A stretch of DNA of 62,896 bases, counting the filler, from Octopus bimaculoides (lineage: Eukaryota), in NCBI RefSeq assembly GCF_001194135.2. It is 7 parts of 6 records of this genome, joined end to end, with 100 filler letters (N's around TTAATTAATTAA, not from the genome) between each part and the next. Parts side by side here need not be neighbours in the genome. Positions count along the whole stretch, not along the records: positions 1 to 4,285 come from NC_068991.1; positions 4,386 to 9,189 come from NW_026333137.1; positions 9,290 to 19,221 come from NW_026322201.1; 4 more parts are not named here. One strand, given 5' to 3'. The notes under the pieces are model-generated. The model was not told the origin of the DNA. It searched no databases and saw nothing but the letters and a program-made list of their open reading frames with translations. The translations under genes and the position numbers were made by a program. Numbering within the stretch: the first letter of the stretch is position 1; every line of letters starts with the position of its first letter. Shown here piece by piece: positions 1 to 12,225 of this stretch.

Positions 1-227
1 ATATATATATATATATATATATAATAGCTGCTTGTCCGTTTCTTGTATGGCGGCACGTAACAATAGCGAACGAGGAAATGATACAACATATCCGCATACA
101 TACATTACATAGATGCATACATATATACATACATACATACATACTTACATACATGCATACATACACGATACCAAACACATGGATATTTGTATGCACCTAT
201 GTCTATAATATGTATGTGCCAATGTGA

Positions 228-261
<34 letters not shown>

Positions 262-703
262 AAACTAATAATATCGTCATTACCTATTCGTCTCTACATT
301 TTCATCTGCCATTTTCTCTACACGTAAGAGATCTCTATTGATAATCTGCCTTCCTATTATTTTGTCTACCATTACGTGGTCGCAAATCAGAGTAAAAGCG
401 TGTGACCGTGTGTCTGTCTCTGTGTCTATTGAAATGTACATGTGTGTTTATATGTGCGTATCAGTGTGTAAATGTATGTTTGGTAGTCCAAAAATTGTTG
501 AACTATATTTTCACCTGGTTTGTTAGCGCTATTGTTGAGCAGCAGCGTTCGTATCCGCGCTAAATCGTAACAGCCATTGTGTCTGCTATATCGCCATATT
601 TGATGTGTGCGCGTATATGTATAAAAGCTGCATAAACAAATATATGAATACATATATATGCCTCTGCGTGTATGATATATATATATATATATATATATAT
701 AGA

Positions 704-944
704 CCGTAATTCCTCGCCTTGTCTTGGTTCACCTATCGTGCTTCACCTATCGCGGTTTATTATTTAAGCTTACGTTGATTCCTCCGTGGTGTTGTTTTGC
801 ATTTATAATGAAATAAATATATACAAATTATAAAGATAATAGTAATAATAACATATGCAGTACAGTACTGTTTTTACTTTGCGGATTTTCATCTATTGTG
901 TGTCGTTTTGGAACGTAACAGCCGCAATAGTCGAGGGATTACTG
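704..944. mobile_element. MITE-like element, Tigger/pogo-type terminal inverted repeats
   Basis: Left end CCGTAATTCCTCGC resembles the reverse complement of the right end (CAGTAATCCCTCGACTATTGCGG); AT-rich non-coding interior; right end abuts an N gap. Confidence 0.5.
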
Positions 945-1117
945 NNNNNNNNNNNNNNNNNNNNNNNNNNNNNNNNNNNNNNNNNNNNNNNNNNNNNNNN
1001 NNNNNNNNNNNNNNNNNNNNNNNNNNNNNNNNNNNNNNNNNNNNNNNNNNNNNNNNNNNNNNNNNNNNNNNNNNNNNNNNNNNNNNNNNNNNNNNNNNNN
1101 NNNNNNNNNNNNNNNNN

Positions 1118-1155
<38 letters not shown>

Positions 1156-1157
1156 TA

Positions 1158-1320
1158 GCCGCAGGATTGGCTCTGCGGTAAGTAACTAGCTTACCAACCT
1201 CATGGTTCCAGGCTCAGCCCTACGGCGTGGCATCTTGGGCGAGTGTTTTCCACTATAGCTTCGGGCCGGCCAAAGCCTAGTGAGTGGATTTGGTAGACGT
1301 AAACTGAAAGCAGCCCGTCG
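1158..1320 (+). mobile_element. SINE family A (tRNA-like head, CTTGGGCAAGTGTCTTCTACTATAGCC core)
   Basis: Matches the more than 15 other copies in the window; ends in (TA)n. Confidence 0.8.
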
Positions 1321-1737
1321 TATATATATATATTTATAGATAGATAGATAGATAGATAAGAAAGAAGAAAACCAAAGCTAGACAATGTTTCAACCCAAAT
1401 CGTAATAACCATTGTTAGAGTAAAATACGTTTTCACGTTATCCATTAATGGTTGTTTGTACCCTTCTCCGATATCTTCCTCCTCCCATTCTGCCTATGTT
1501 TTGCATGTTTTTCTCTTGTTTCTTTTTGGGGGGGGGGGGATATAACTTGAAACCAAATGCTCTATTCATTGCTAACCACAAGCTCATCTTTTAATTAAAA
1601 ATATTCCTTGAAAGTGAGTTAATAGGTTCGCATAATATAAAATATATCTGCTTCAGTTTGAATATCATCGAATAATAGATGAGAGCCAGAAACAAAAAAC
1701 TCGAATTTCAAATGTGTTCCTCTTTATTTCATTTTAG

Positions 1738-1874
1738 GTCCAGAATACTGGGGTAAACTCAACCACGAGTGGACACTCTGTGACATAGGAAAACAACAAT
1801 CACCTATCAATATCGATCCTAAGTTACTGGTTTATGATCCTAATCTGAGGCCATTTAAGATGGAAAGAAAACGG
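1738..1874 (+). CDS. Internal exon of an alpha-carbonic anhydrase, CA10/CA11 (carbonic anhydrase-related protein)-like
   Basis: TTCATTTTAG|...|GTAAGT, 137 bp, phase 1 to 0; encodes (G)PEYWGKLNHEWTLCDIGKQQSPINIDPKLLVYDPNLRPFKMERKR with the GPxxWG...W.LC..G..QSPINI motif. Too short for the ORF track. Confidence 0.8.
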
Positions 1875-1921
1875 GTAAGTCTTCCACTCTTTATACACAC
1901 GCGCGCGCGCGCGCACACAGG

Positions 1922-1953
<32 letters not shown>

Positions 1954-3919
1954 TATGTAATTTTGGTAAATACATCTGTTAAAACGAGTTAATTATAAAA
2001 CATATATAAAGTAGACGCAAACTTACTACAGATATTCATACAGCTAGTAAATTTATATAATTGATGAAGGCAGTGATTTTTTTTTTGGTGTTCTCCGTAG
2101 TAAATCTTAGTAAGAAAAATAAACACTGCTTAGCAAGTCAGTAATTTCTAAATGTCGATATTGCTGTTATTATTCTGAAGCAATTCCGCTGGTAGCATTA
2201 ATATGTTGTCTTCCTAGAACAGGAAGAAAAGACAATGTCATACGAAGATTTACTTATGTTTTGACCTTTCTCGGAAACAAAGTAAATTCCATCGTAATGA
2301 ACCTGTCCACTTTGTTTCAGACAGGCGCCATCAAGAAGTACTTAACAATTCTGAATGTAAAGTTTTTTTTTTGTATTAATTCTATAAAGAGATAAATAGG
2401 TTCTACTTGTTTTTTAACCGTAAGTTAGATAATCTTGATCAAATAGATCTCATATTCAAGGTATTTCAAATATGACAGCTACATCTATGAAGAGAAAATA
2501 GAGTCACATTAGCGAAGATAGTAGGATGTGACCTGAAGGAAATTTGGCTGCCCTTTCTAGCAAGCAGTGTAGTAGGATAAGGGCCCCTCCTTTGAGATGA
2601 GATAAGAGGGTGTTACTAACAAATAATCGAAGCTGTTAAATATAAGCAACATTTTCATTATGAAAACAAATGAGAATCATCTATGTTGTTGAATGGTCTA
2701 GAAACAACAGCTAATTCGCCTGCAGTTTACACTTTATTGGCTTAAATAAAAAATGGCACATATGAAAACGTAATACTTGATACTACAATACAGAATCATG
2801 ACTTCTTGAATAGCGTCGATCCTATAGTTGATTGAGTAAACCTAGAGCAACGGAGAGTGTCTTGGATTGATTATTCGGCCTATTGGAAAATGTAGCCAAT
2901 TCTTTCACAAATAAAATCTTATGTGTCTTAAACAAAGAACCAAGCATTAGAAAATGTAGTCCCTGATATGAAAAATAGAGAGAATGGTCCCAAATTGAGT
3001 GTCTTTAAACAAAGATACTCCTATGAATTTTCTGGTTTAGTACCATCTGTCCAGAATCACCCGATTTTTATCCCCAGGTGCATCGTTTCTCTGTTGACCT
3101 TGTTAGCCACAAGTCCTTTTATTCTAATAACTGTTTTTCCTTGAACTGCTTCTCTCTGGAAGCCACTACCATCATCTTGTTTTCCTCTATTCTATGATAT
3201 TCAGCCATTTAAGCTTTCATTCAGCTGCGTTAGGAGGCCCTCTTTTCCACTTCCTTTGTAGTCCCATACGTTACAGAGACCTCAAGATTTCAGGAGAAAA
3301 ATCTGTATATACAAAGAACCTTAATTTGTTTTAAATACATTCGATAAGAGTTAATCTGCAACGCAAGCAAGAATAGCAACTAAATGTTAATTATGTCCAT
3401 AGTGGTATGCCTAGTGTTCAGGGTACAAACCCGGGGTTATAAAACAAACTCCGTGGGTAAAATACCTACCTACTGTCGATCATTCGGCTTGCATACAAAA
3501 TAACCTATTGAGCAGTCATCAATCTAATGATTCATGATTCAATCACCACCCATGAATCTAAATAACATATATTAAAATACATTTTATTGATTCAGGTCTT
3601 TTTTTGTTTTCCGCCATTTTGAAAGCTAATACTGGTTAATAAAAATACATATAGAAATACAAAAGACAAGACTACTTTCGTTTTGAAGGGAAAGAAAAGC
3701 TATCAAAGGTAAACTTCTAAAGACTTTCATTGATTGATGAGAAGTCTGAATGTAAGCAGTGATTTAAGTTGTTTTAATTAACGTTCTAACTCCTGTTGCC
3801 CGTTACACATCGTTCTTCATTTTATTTTTTGTTCTTAATTATATTACTCTCGAGACTAAGTTTCTATCCGCCGCCTATCTCCCACTACCTTTCTTCTCTT
3901 TTCACTCCTTCTCACTCTC

Positions 3920-3952
<33 letters not shown>

Positions 3953-4285
3953 CGTTATACACATGCGTACTTACTATCTGCATCTATAAGCTTATATATA
4001 TGAATTTATGCTATAACTTTTCCAATGGTTTGCTAACATCCTTTCTCAAACTCAGCTAGTTATAATGCACCATATATACACATACATATAAGTGCGTACA
4101 CACACACACATACACACTCATATCTTTATATATACATATGTATATATATATATATGCATTATATATGTATAAATACGTATACAATAAGACGTACACACGC
4201 ATATTCATATATCTATGTATGTATATATATATATATATATATATTATGTATATTAATATATGCATATATATATATATGTATATAT

Positions 4286-4385
4286 NNNNNNNNNNNNNNN
4301 NNNNNNNNNNNNNNNNNNNNNNNNNNNNNTTAATTAATTAANNNNNNNNNNNNNNNNNNNNNNNNNNNNNNNNNNNNNNNNNNNN
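4286..4385. other. Artificial scaffold-joining spacer (44 N + TTAATTAATTAA + 44 N)
   Basis: Exactly 100 bp; palindromic 12-mer at 4330-4341 with TAA in all six frames; same structure occurs six times. Confidence 0.95.
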
Positions 4386-6370
4386 TCTTAAAACGTGCCA
4401 CTATCCCAGCGGACTGGGAATTCACAATTCCATATATGGATGATATACTCATTAAAAGCGAATCCAGATATTAACACGTAGAGCACGTAATAATTAGAGA
4501 TTACAGCTTTACTTTGAGTGAAGAAAAGTGAATTTTTCTTACCGAAAATAAGACACTTAAGACAAATTATTGACGGAAATGGACGACGACTAGACCCGTC
4601 GAGGGCAGACGCAATTAAAAATATGCCCCCTTCGACTAATATCGCGACCTTACAAGCATTTTTAGGATTGGAAAGTTATTAGCACAATTATATTCCAGAT
4701 ATGCATAAGGTGAGGGTCCCACTGAATAATCTGCTGAAATAGAATTGGTCGGAAAATTTTCAAAAGGCATTTGACGAAATAAAAAAAAAAACGCTAATAT
4801 CTGATGTTGTTAGCACACTTCAATCCTGCAGCGGAGATTGCTGTAGCTTCAGACGCTTCTGAGTATGGTATAGGAGCAGTAATGCTGCATAAATATAAGG
4901 ATGGTAAGATGAAGGCGGTGGTTCATGCCTCATGTTTTCTGATAGTAGTAGAGAAAAATTATAGTCAAATCGAAAAAGCTCTGGCGATTATTTTTGCCGT
5001 GAAAAATATTTACAGATTTTTAAACGGTAGAAGTTTTCTTCTACAGACTTATTACCATCCATTATTACCAATATTTGGGTCGAAAAAGGAATTCCTACCT
5101 ATACTACTAATAGATTGCAACGCTGGGGTTCGATATTATTAAACTATGATTTCAAGATGGAGTATATGCTATCTAAGAAATTAGGTCATACGGATTGTCT
5201 ATCAAGATTGATTTTAAAAAATGCGGAACTATTTGAAGATACCGTGATTGCCGCTTTGCGGGCGGAAAATGAAATTAAAAGTGTTTTGTGTAACGTCATT
5301 CGTGAACTGCTAGTTACTTTACAAGACATAAAATTAAAATCGGGAAACGATAAATTTGTTATAATAATGAAAGAAATACTGAAGGCTAAAAGAGATAAAA
5401 ATATGCGCTAAGCAAATGGGAGCCATTTCTCACTGTGACAATGTGTTGATGTGTGCACAGAGTTGTTGTGCCAGCCACACTACAAAAGCGATTATTCATA
5501 TGGGTCACCCAGGGATTTCGAGAATGAAATTCTTAAAGAGAAGTTACGTATATTGGCCAACAATGGACCGTGATATTGAAGAATCTGTGAAATCATGCAG
5601 TGGGTGTGCCTTAGCTGCAAAATCACCTACCACTAAATGGCAACGGTGGCCAAAAACAAATCTTCCATGAGCCACAATGCATGTCGATTACGCTGGCCCA
5701 CTCAAGGTTCTTGTGGACAGTTTTTGAAAATGGCCGGATGTGCATAAATGTAAAAAGCCAACATCCGCTGAATCAGTAAGTGTTGACCAGATATGGTATT
5801 CTGAATACAATTGTGTCGGATAATGGAATTCAATTTATGTCTGACGAGTTCAGAAAATTTTGTAAAATGTTCGTCATCGAACATATCACCACTCCGCCTT
5901 ATCACCCTATGTCAAATCGACAAGCGAAGCATTTTGTTGACACTTTCGAGAGGGCGTTGAAAAAGGCGAACAATGAAGTGATGGATGATTTTGCACCACA
6001 ACAATTTCTAAGAATGTACCGAGTAAGACCTAATCCGCATACACCGTCGGAAATGTCACCCGCAAAATTGATGTTTGCTACAAAGGTCAGATCCGTCTTT
6101 GATAAGCTGATACCGAGTGAAAAAAAGGCTAATAACAAAAATACTTCAAAAATTTTTCAAGTTAGGTTACAAAGTTTTTTTTTAAAACCTATAGGTATAG
6201 TAAAGTAAGCTGGGCGGACGGTTAAACAAATTGGAAGAATGATGTTCCTAGCAAAAGGAAAAAATGCAGAATGCAAAAGACATAAACCACAGTCACGAGA
6301 AATGAAATCCCTATGGAAATATTGTACGACACATTTGAGGTACCAACACCCAAACAATTTGAAACTAAAC
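4386..6370 (+). mobile_element. Degenerate Ty3/Gypsy LTR retrotransposon pol (RT, RNase H, integrase; K02A2.6-like)
   Basis: YMDD at 4433-4444; LQAFLG; RNase H VASDASEYGIGAV and YSQIEK; integrase HMGHPG...YVYWPTMD...CSGC, DYAGP, VSDNGIQF, PPYHPMSN. Many stops and frameshifts. Confidence 0.92.
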
Positions 6371-6389
6371 GTTATAGCACCAGAAAATG

Positions 6390-7133
6390 GAAAAGAACGA
6401 AAACCACTACTTTCAAAAACAAACGTTGCAAAGCGTTTAGAGTGGAGTAAAAACCTACAGAATTGGTCCCTAAAGCAGTGGAAGAATGTTATTTTCTCAG
6501 ACGAGTTTGCCTTTATTTTATTTCCGACCTCCGGCCGAGTATGTGTAGAGACAGCCAAAGGAAGCATTTGAACTAGGCTGCCTTCTTCCAACTGTTAATC
6601 ATGGAGGAGGATCTGTGATGATCCGGCGGGTGAGGGGCTATATCTTGGAAATCCGCCGGCCCAATGGTTTCCTTTCATGGCAAAATTAATAGTCAAGACT
6701 ATTTAAGCATTTTATCTGATCAAATTCATCCTATGGTTGCGGAACTGTTTCCGGAGGGAAACGTAATCTTTCAGGATGATAATGCACCAATTCACACAGC
6801 TAAAGTTGTTACTGAATGGCACAAGGAACATTCTAGTGAAGTTGAACATTTTATCTGGCCACCCCAGTCCCTAGATCTCAATATTATTGAACATTTGTGG
6901 TGCATTTTAGAAAAAGAAGTAAGGAGTCGATATCCTCCACCATCATCACTACCAGAACTGGAAACAGTTTTAGCTGAAGAATGAACAAAAATTCTTTTGG
7001 AAACAATTCAAACCTTGTACGAGTCCATACCTCATAGAATTCAAGCTGTAATTACTGCCAAAGGCGGTCCTACCCTATATTAAAATAAATTTTAAATTTT
7101 AAGGTGTTTCCATTATTTTGTCCAACACCTGTA
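6390..7133 (+). mobile_element. 5'-truncated Tc1-like DNA transposon, D-D-36-E spacing
   Basis: RKPLLSK...WKNVIFSDE; QDDNAPIHTAK...WPPQSLDLNIIEHLW; 3' TIR AAGGTGTTTCCATTATTTTGTCCAACACCTG followed by TA at 7101-7133. Confidence 0.9.
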
Positions 7134-7660
7134 TATATACATGACCGAGGAAGACCATCACTGACTATTGCTCATGCAAAATGCCAGCAATGCCCGTGCA
7201 TGAAGTTACTGCATCAGCAGCCAGCTTCGTCCGGGTTCACATCCCCAGTTTCCATGCTCACCGAGGCACCCTCGTACTCGACCGGCATCTGATAGTCGCC
7301 TACCCGGCGATTACACAACCTAAAACTTTAGGTCCAATAAGGCTTCCGCAGCACCTTACACACTCTCTCCACCTTCCTAACATGATGCAGAGACAAGCAA
7401 TAACAATATATCCAGTGCGAAGATCGGCTGAAAGTTCAGGAATGTGGTAGCACCACGGTCTCAAGTGCAAGCAGAAGTTCTCCAAAATTTTGAAAGCCAT
7501 TCCTTGCATATGTGATTTTATATCAGAATAACCTCCTCCTAGAATTATGCTTTAGCAAAAGCTTAGGGATCCCTCACCTGCAGTGGTTTTCCAGCACCCC
7601 GGACACCAACCCGGAATTTTCTAGTGACCGTGTTATTGCTAAATAGTCGTTGAGCATATA

Positions 7661-8967
7661 CTATGAAAACTTCATAGGTTGACCAAGATACTTCCAGGGT
7701 GTGTGGCCAAATGAGGCTTACTTTTCAACATAATCCCCCTTGAGGTCCACACAACTCTTCCGTCGGTGTTGCAGAGTTTAGATCAAATTAATGAAGAAGC
7801 TTTCGTTCTCTTACTCTAAAAAGTCATCAATAGTAGCTATGGCATCATCATCACTGTGATACTGGTTCCTAGCCAAGTGTTTTTTGTGTTGGAGAACAGA
7901 CGATAATCAAATGAGACCAAAATCAGGAGAATAGGGAGAGTGATCAACCAGTGCAAAGCCACAATCATGCACAGCAGCCATTGAAAGTAGGGACTGGATC
8001 ATTGTCGTGATAAAACAAAACCACTTTTGTCAGTTTTCTTGTGCGTTTCGTCTTGATAGCCTTTTGTAACTGCATGCTGGTATAGTGCGTTCTATTGATA
8101 GTGTGGTCCTTTTGAAGATAGTCATTAAGCACAATGCCTTTTGCATCCTCAAAAACTGAGGTTATCACCTTCTCCGGTTTCTTTGGAGCAGGTAAGGAGG
8201 GGGTGTTTCCCCTTCATGGATTGCTTCTTTGTATCTGGCTTAAAGTGATGAACATAACACTCATCTTTGGTTTGGAAACATCCAAGAAAACTAGCTGGAT
8301 ATGCCTCAAACAATGTCAGGTTTTTCCGTGATGTGATCATCCTGGTGCGCTTTTGATCAGGTATCAGAAGACGTGACACCCACCGAACAGAAACCTTCGT
8401 TATGCCAAGTAAAGTATATCATGCAGAATATTCAAAACTCTCTCATGGTATATGCTAATAGCTTTGACTATCAGATTTATAGTTACTCATCTGTCAACCA
8501 CCACCATGTGGTGAACACCAATGTCTTCCTCGGTGGCGGGAGTGGCAGGACGTCCAGACCTTGGGTTATCTTCAAGACTCTCCGTTCCTCTCCTAAATTC
8601 AGCTGCTCACTTTGCACTATTGACAAAGCTGGAGTGTCATCCCCTAATGTAGCAATCATATCGGCGTGCAGATTCTTGATAACACCAAGTTGCCAAAGTT
8701 TGTCGATTTTCGAGAGAAGTCGCTACTAGTAACTTTTGAAGTTTTCTTTAAAGAGTCAAATGTCAGTTTACCTGAAAAAAACCAAGAAAAAAATAAACAA
8801 ATAAACCAGGCCAAAGAAAACAAATACAAACAAACAAATAAACAAAAGCCCAAACAAATTAGTTAGTTATTAATGAGAAGTGCTAAAATTATTGTATGCA
8901 AAATTTCATAGTTCAAGCATCACTCCTTCATAGTCAGCCTATAAACGTTTCAGCCCGCCCTCGTGTA
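7661..8967 (-). mobile_element. Near full-length degenerate mariner (DD34D-type) transposon
   Basis: About 1.3 kb; 5' TIR CGAGGGCGGGCTGAAACGTTTATAGGCTGAC at about 8935-8965 and a partial TIR at 7663-7685; transposase remnants SRLLIPDQKRTR, DAKGIVLNDYLQK, VLFYHDN, YSPDL; frameshifted. Confidence 0.85.
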
Positions 8968-8978
8968 TTGTATGTATG

Positions 8979-9013
<35 letters not shown>

Positions 9014-9189
9014 ATACATACATACATATATATATATATAGTAAAAATGGATACATAAGGGTGGAAAATCACAGGAACAATACCATATGTCCAACGTAAG
9101 ATACAATATGTGTGTTCAATTCCTTTAAGAATCAATAACTGAATTTATAGTATTCAGTCTTTAAAGTGTCTAAAAGGTACGGTAAAAAG

Positions 9190-9289
9190 NNNNNNNNNNN
9201 NNNNNNNNNNNNNNNNNNNNNNNNNNNNNNNNNTTAATTAATTAANNNNNNNNNNNNNNNNNNNNNNNNNNNNNNNNNNNNNNNNNNNN
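9190..9289. other. Artificial scaffold-joining spacer
   Basis: 44 N + TTAATTAATTAA (9234-9245) + 44 N. Confidence 0.95.
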
Positions 9290-9524
9290 GAAAGCGTGGG
9301 ATTATATTAATAAGGGTTTTGTGACAGGGGTCGTTATTATAATCAGTCGTTCCTTTTTTAAACCCTTTTTTATATCAAACCATTCAAAACTGCTTTTGGT
9401 TCTATGAGATGAAATTCCTGTTTTTAAAGTGATCTGAATTTAAACCTCTCATTAAAATTTCATGTTAATTCATGATCCAAACCCCAAATTAATTAATGAC
9501 AAAGTTATTTAATTAAATTCTACA

Positions 9525-9589
9525 GGCGCAGGAGTGGCTGTGTGGTAAGTAGCCTGCTTACCAACCACATGGTTCCGGGTTCAGTCCCA
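9525..9589 (+). mobile_element. SINE family A, head only
   Basis: GGCGCAGGAGTGGCTGTGTGGTAAG...GGTTCAGTCCCA with A-box/B-box-like motifs. Confidence 0.75.
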
Positions 9590-9629
9590 AGCAGATTATC
9601 AAGTAGATACCCAATATTATAATACTCAC

Positions 9630-9767
9630 CATGTCTGTAACTTTCAGGTGTCCTGTTGAGAATACAATTGCATTAGGCGGTGTTGCCACAGGTAACATAA
9701 ATGCATATGAGCATGCCAAGGTCGCTGTGAACATCAGGTAGAGTGGATTCATTCTAATTGAGATAGC
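9630..9767 (-). CDS. SLC13A: SLC13 Na+/di-tricarboxylate cotransporter, last visible exon
   Basis: CAG|...|GTGAGT, 138 bp, phase 0-0; AISIRMNPLYLMFTATLACSYAFMLPVATPPNAIVFSTGHLKVTDM (SLC13 signature AFMLPVATPPNAIVF). Confidence 0.95.
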
Positions 9768-10152
9768 CTGCATTGGAAGGAAATCACCATAAATTATTGT
9801 TCGTTAAATAAAGATTAGGTAAAATGGTAGAGAGGGTATTCTTACGAAATCTTTTGGAATATCATCCTTGAGTTGGTTTTAAGCTGCATCCAGTAAATGG
9901 GTCCGAGGTTGGTTGGCTGGTTTGACAAAGATCTGATAGATCGAAGGACTGCATTGTCCTCCGGTGTCTGGTTTGGTATGGCTTCTACAGCTGGATGCCC
10001 TTCCTAATATCAACCCCTTTATAGCGGTGGGGTGGGGGGTGGGGCAATACAATCAACAAGTGTACTTAAATGGAATAGTCCAGCATGGCCACTGTCCAAA
10101 TGATTGCAACTTTGTTGTAGAAGAATAAAATCAAAATGGCTCGTTAACTTAC

Positions 10153-10314
10153 CAATTCTGCCATAATTGGCATCAAGATGGTGGCTGTGGCTGTGTTGCT
10201 GGTTATTTCTGTCAACATAGCAACGATGAAGCCCAGGATCAAAGCCATCACCCATGGGGTTATCGATGAAAGGCCCATGAGGTTATCACTGATTACAGCA
10301 GATAATCCAGATTC
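10153..10314 (-). CDS. SLC13A: SLC13 exon with second SNT motif
   Basis: CAG|...|GTAAGT, 162 bp, phase 0-0; ESGLSAVISDNL...AMLTEITSNTATATILMPIMAEL. Confidence 0.95.
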
Positions 10315-10619
10315 CTGTTGAAACCAAAGATTAATGGGAAAATAAATGAATGGCACAAATATAATTGGGAGTTTGTGAAGAAGTTTGGAGATAATGAGGT
10401 ATATTAATCCAAAATAGAGATGAACACTCGTGTTCCATGTGACAGAGTTGATAATTGTTAAGAGATTCCTAAACATGAAACCAATGGTAGCCTTAATACA
10501 CAAATAAAGGATCTTCATCCACCATTGCAGTATTGAGCACTCATTCTCATTGTTCAATATTTATATATGTATATATATATGTGTGCCTGTCCATGTGTGT
10601 GAGTGTGTGTGTGTTTGAA

Positions 10620-10790
10620 GATACATGGCTCAGTGGTCAGTGCATTGGGCTTACAATCACGAAGTTGTGATTTCAATTCCCAGACCAGGCTGTGTGTTGT
10701 GTTCTTAAGCAAGACACTTTATTTTCCATTTTGCTTCAGTTTACTCCACTCTAGAAATGTGTTGCAACGTCACTGGGGCCAAGCTGTATC
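10620..10790 (+). mobile_element. Diverged tRNA-derived SINE, distinct from families A and B
   Basis: TGGCTCAGTGG (A-box) ... TTCAATTCC (B-box) then a CORE-like TGTGTTCTTAAGCAAGACACTT block. Confidence 0.5.
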
Positions 10791-11014
10791 GACCCCTTTG
10801 CCTTTCCCTTGGACAACATTGCTGCCCAACCATGTCATCTTGGGTCCAATCTCATCGTAAACCCTTCAGGCAAGTATCTTCAACTGTAGCTATGGGGCTA
10901 CCCAAAGCATTAGGATTGGAATTTGTAGAGGGAAATTGTGAGAAGCCCATCATGTATATGTTTTGGTGTGTGTGTGTGTGTGTTTGTATGTGTTTGCTGT
11001 ACCATAACCTAGAC

Positions 11015-11052
<38 letters not shown>

Positions 11053-12122
11053 NNNNNNNNNNNNNNNNNNNNNNNNNNNNNNNNNNNNNNNNNNNNNNNN
11101 NNNNNNNNNNNNNNNNNNNNNNNNNNNNNNNNNNNNNNNNNNNNNNNNNNNNNNNNNNNNNNNNNNNNNNNNNNNNNNNNNNNNNNNNNNNNNNNNNNNN
11201 NNNNNNNNNNNNNNNNNNNNNNNNNNNNNNNNNNNNNNNNNNNNNNNNNNNNNNNNNNNNNNNNNNNNNNNNNNNNNNNNNNNNNNNNNNNNNNNNNNNN
11301 NNNNNNNNNNNNNNNNNNNNNNNNNNNNNNNNNNNNNNNNNNNNNNNNNNNNNNNNNNNNNNNNNNNNNNNNNNNNNNNNNNNNNNNNNNNNNNNNNNNN
11401 NNNNNNNNNNNNNNNNNNNNNNNNNNNNNNNNNNNNNNNNNNNNNNNNNNNNNNNNNNNNNNNNNNNNNNNNNNNNNNNNNNNNNNNNNNNNNNNNNNNN
11501 NNNNNNNNNNNNNNNNNNNNNNNNNNNNNNNNNNNNNNNNNNNNNNNNNNNNNNNNNNNNNNNNNNNNNNNNNNNNNNNNNNNNNNNNNNNNNNNNNNNN
11601 NNNNNNNNNNNNNNNNNNNNNNNNNNNNNNNNNNNNNNNNNNNNNNNNNNNNNNNNNNNNNNNNNNNNNNNNNNNNNNNNNNNNNNNNNNNNNNNNNNNN
11701 NNNNNNNNNNNNNNNNNNNNNNNNNNNNNNNNNNNNNNNNNNNNNNNNNNNNNNNNNNNNNNNNNNNNNNNNNNNNNNNNNNNNNNNNNNNNNNNNNNNN
11801 NNNNNNNNNNNNNNNNNNNNNNNNNNNNNNNNNNNNNNNNNNNNNNNNNNNNNNNNNNNNNNNNNNNNNNNNNNNNNNNNNNNNNNNNNNNNNNNNNNNN
11901 NNNNNNNNNNNNNNNNNNNNNNNNNNNNNNNNNNNNNNNNNNNNNNNNNNNNNNNNNNNNNNNNNNNNNNNNNNNNNNNNNNNNNNNNNNNNNNNNNNNN
12001 NNNNNNNNNNNNNNNATATATATATATATATATATATACATATATAAAATTCCTAGGCAATGAACTATACACCTTGTTGTACAGTTTTATATAGACACAG
12101 AAAGGACCAAAAACAACCCTAC

Positions 12123-12208
12123 CTTTCCAGGAGAATCTGGGAACTTTGGCCGGCAAAATAAACAGCAAGATAGAAATAAACATGGCCGCTGTTGTATCCG
12201 TGATATAC
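12123..12208 (-). CDS. SLC13A: SLC13 exon
   Basis: CTACAG|...|GTAGGG, 86 bp, phase 2 to 1; YITDTTAAMFISILLFILPAKVPRFSWK, matching the SLC13 Y.SD.TVA.F...LLFI.P region. Confidence 0.9.
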
Positions 12209-12225
12209 CTGTAGAATGGAAAGGA

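Noticed and set aside
4330-4341. TTAATTAATTAA as a homeodomain site, PacI site or biological repeat
   Set aside because: Always centred in exactly 44+44 N; it is an assembly linker.
6239-6571. 110-aa ORF fusing a Gypsy integrase tail to Tc1 transposase as a domesticated chimera
   Set aside because: Both parents are riddled with stops and frameshifts, the fusion ends before the second catalytic Asp, and there are no splice or promoter signals; chance frame continuity.
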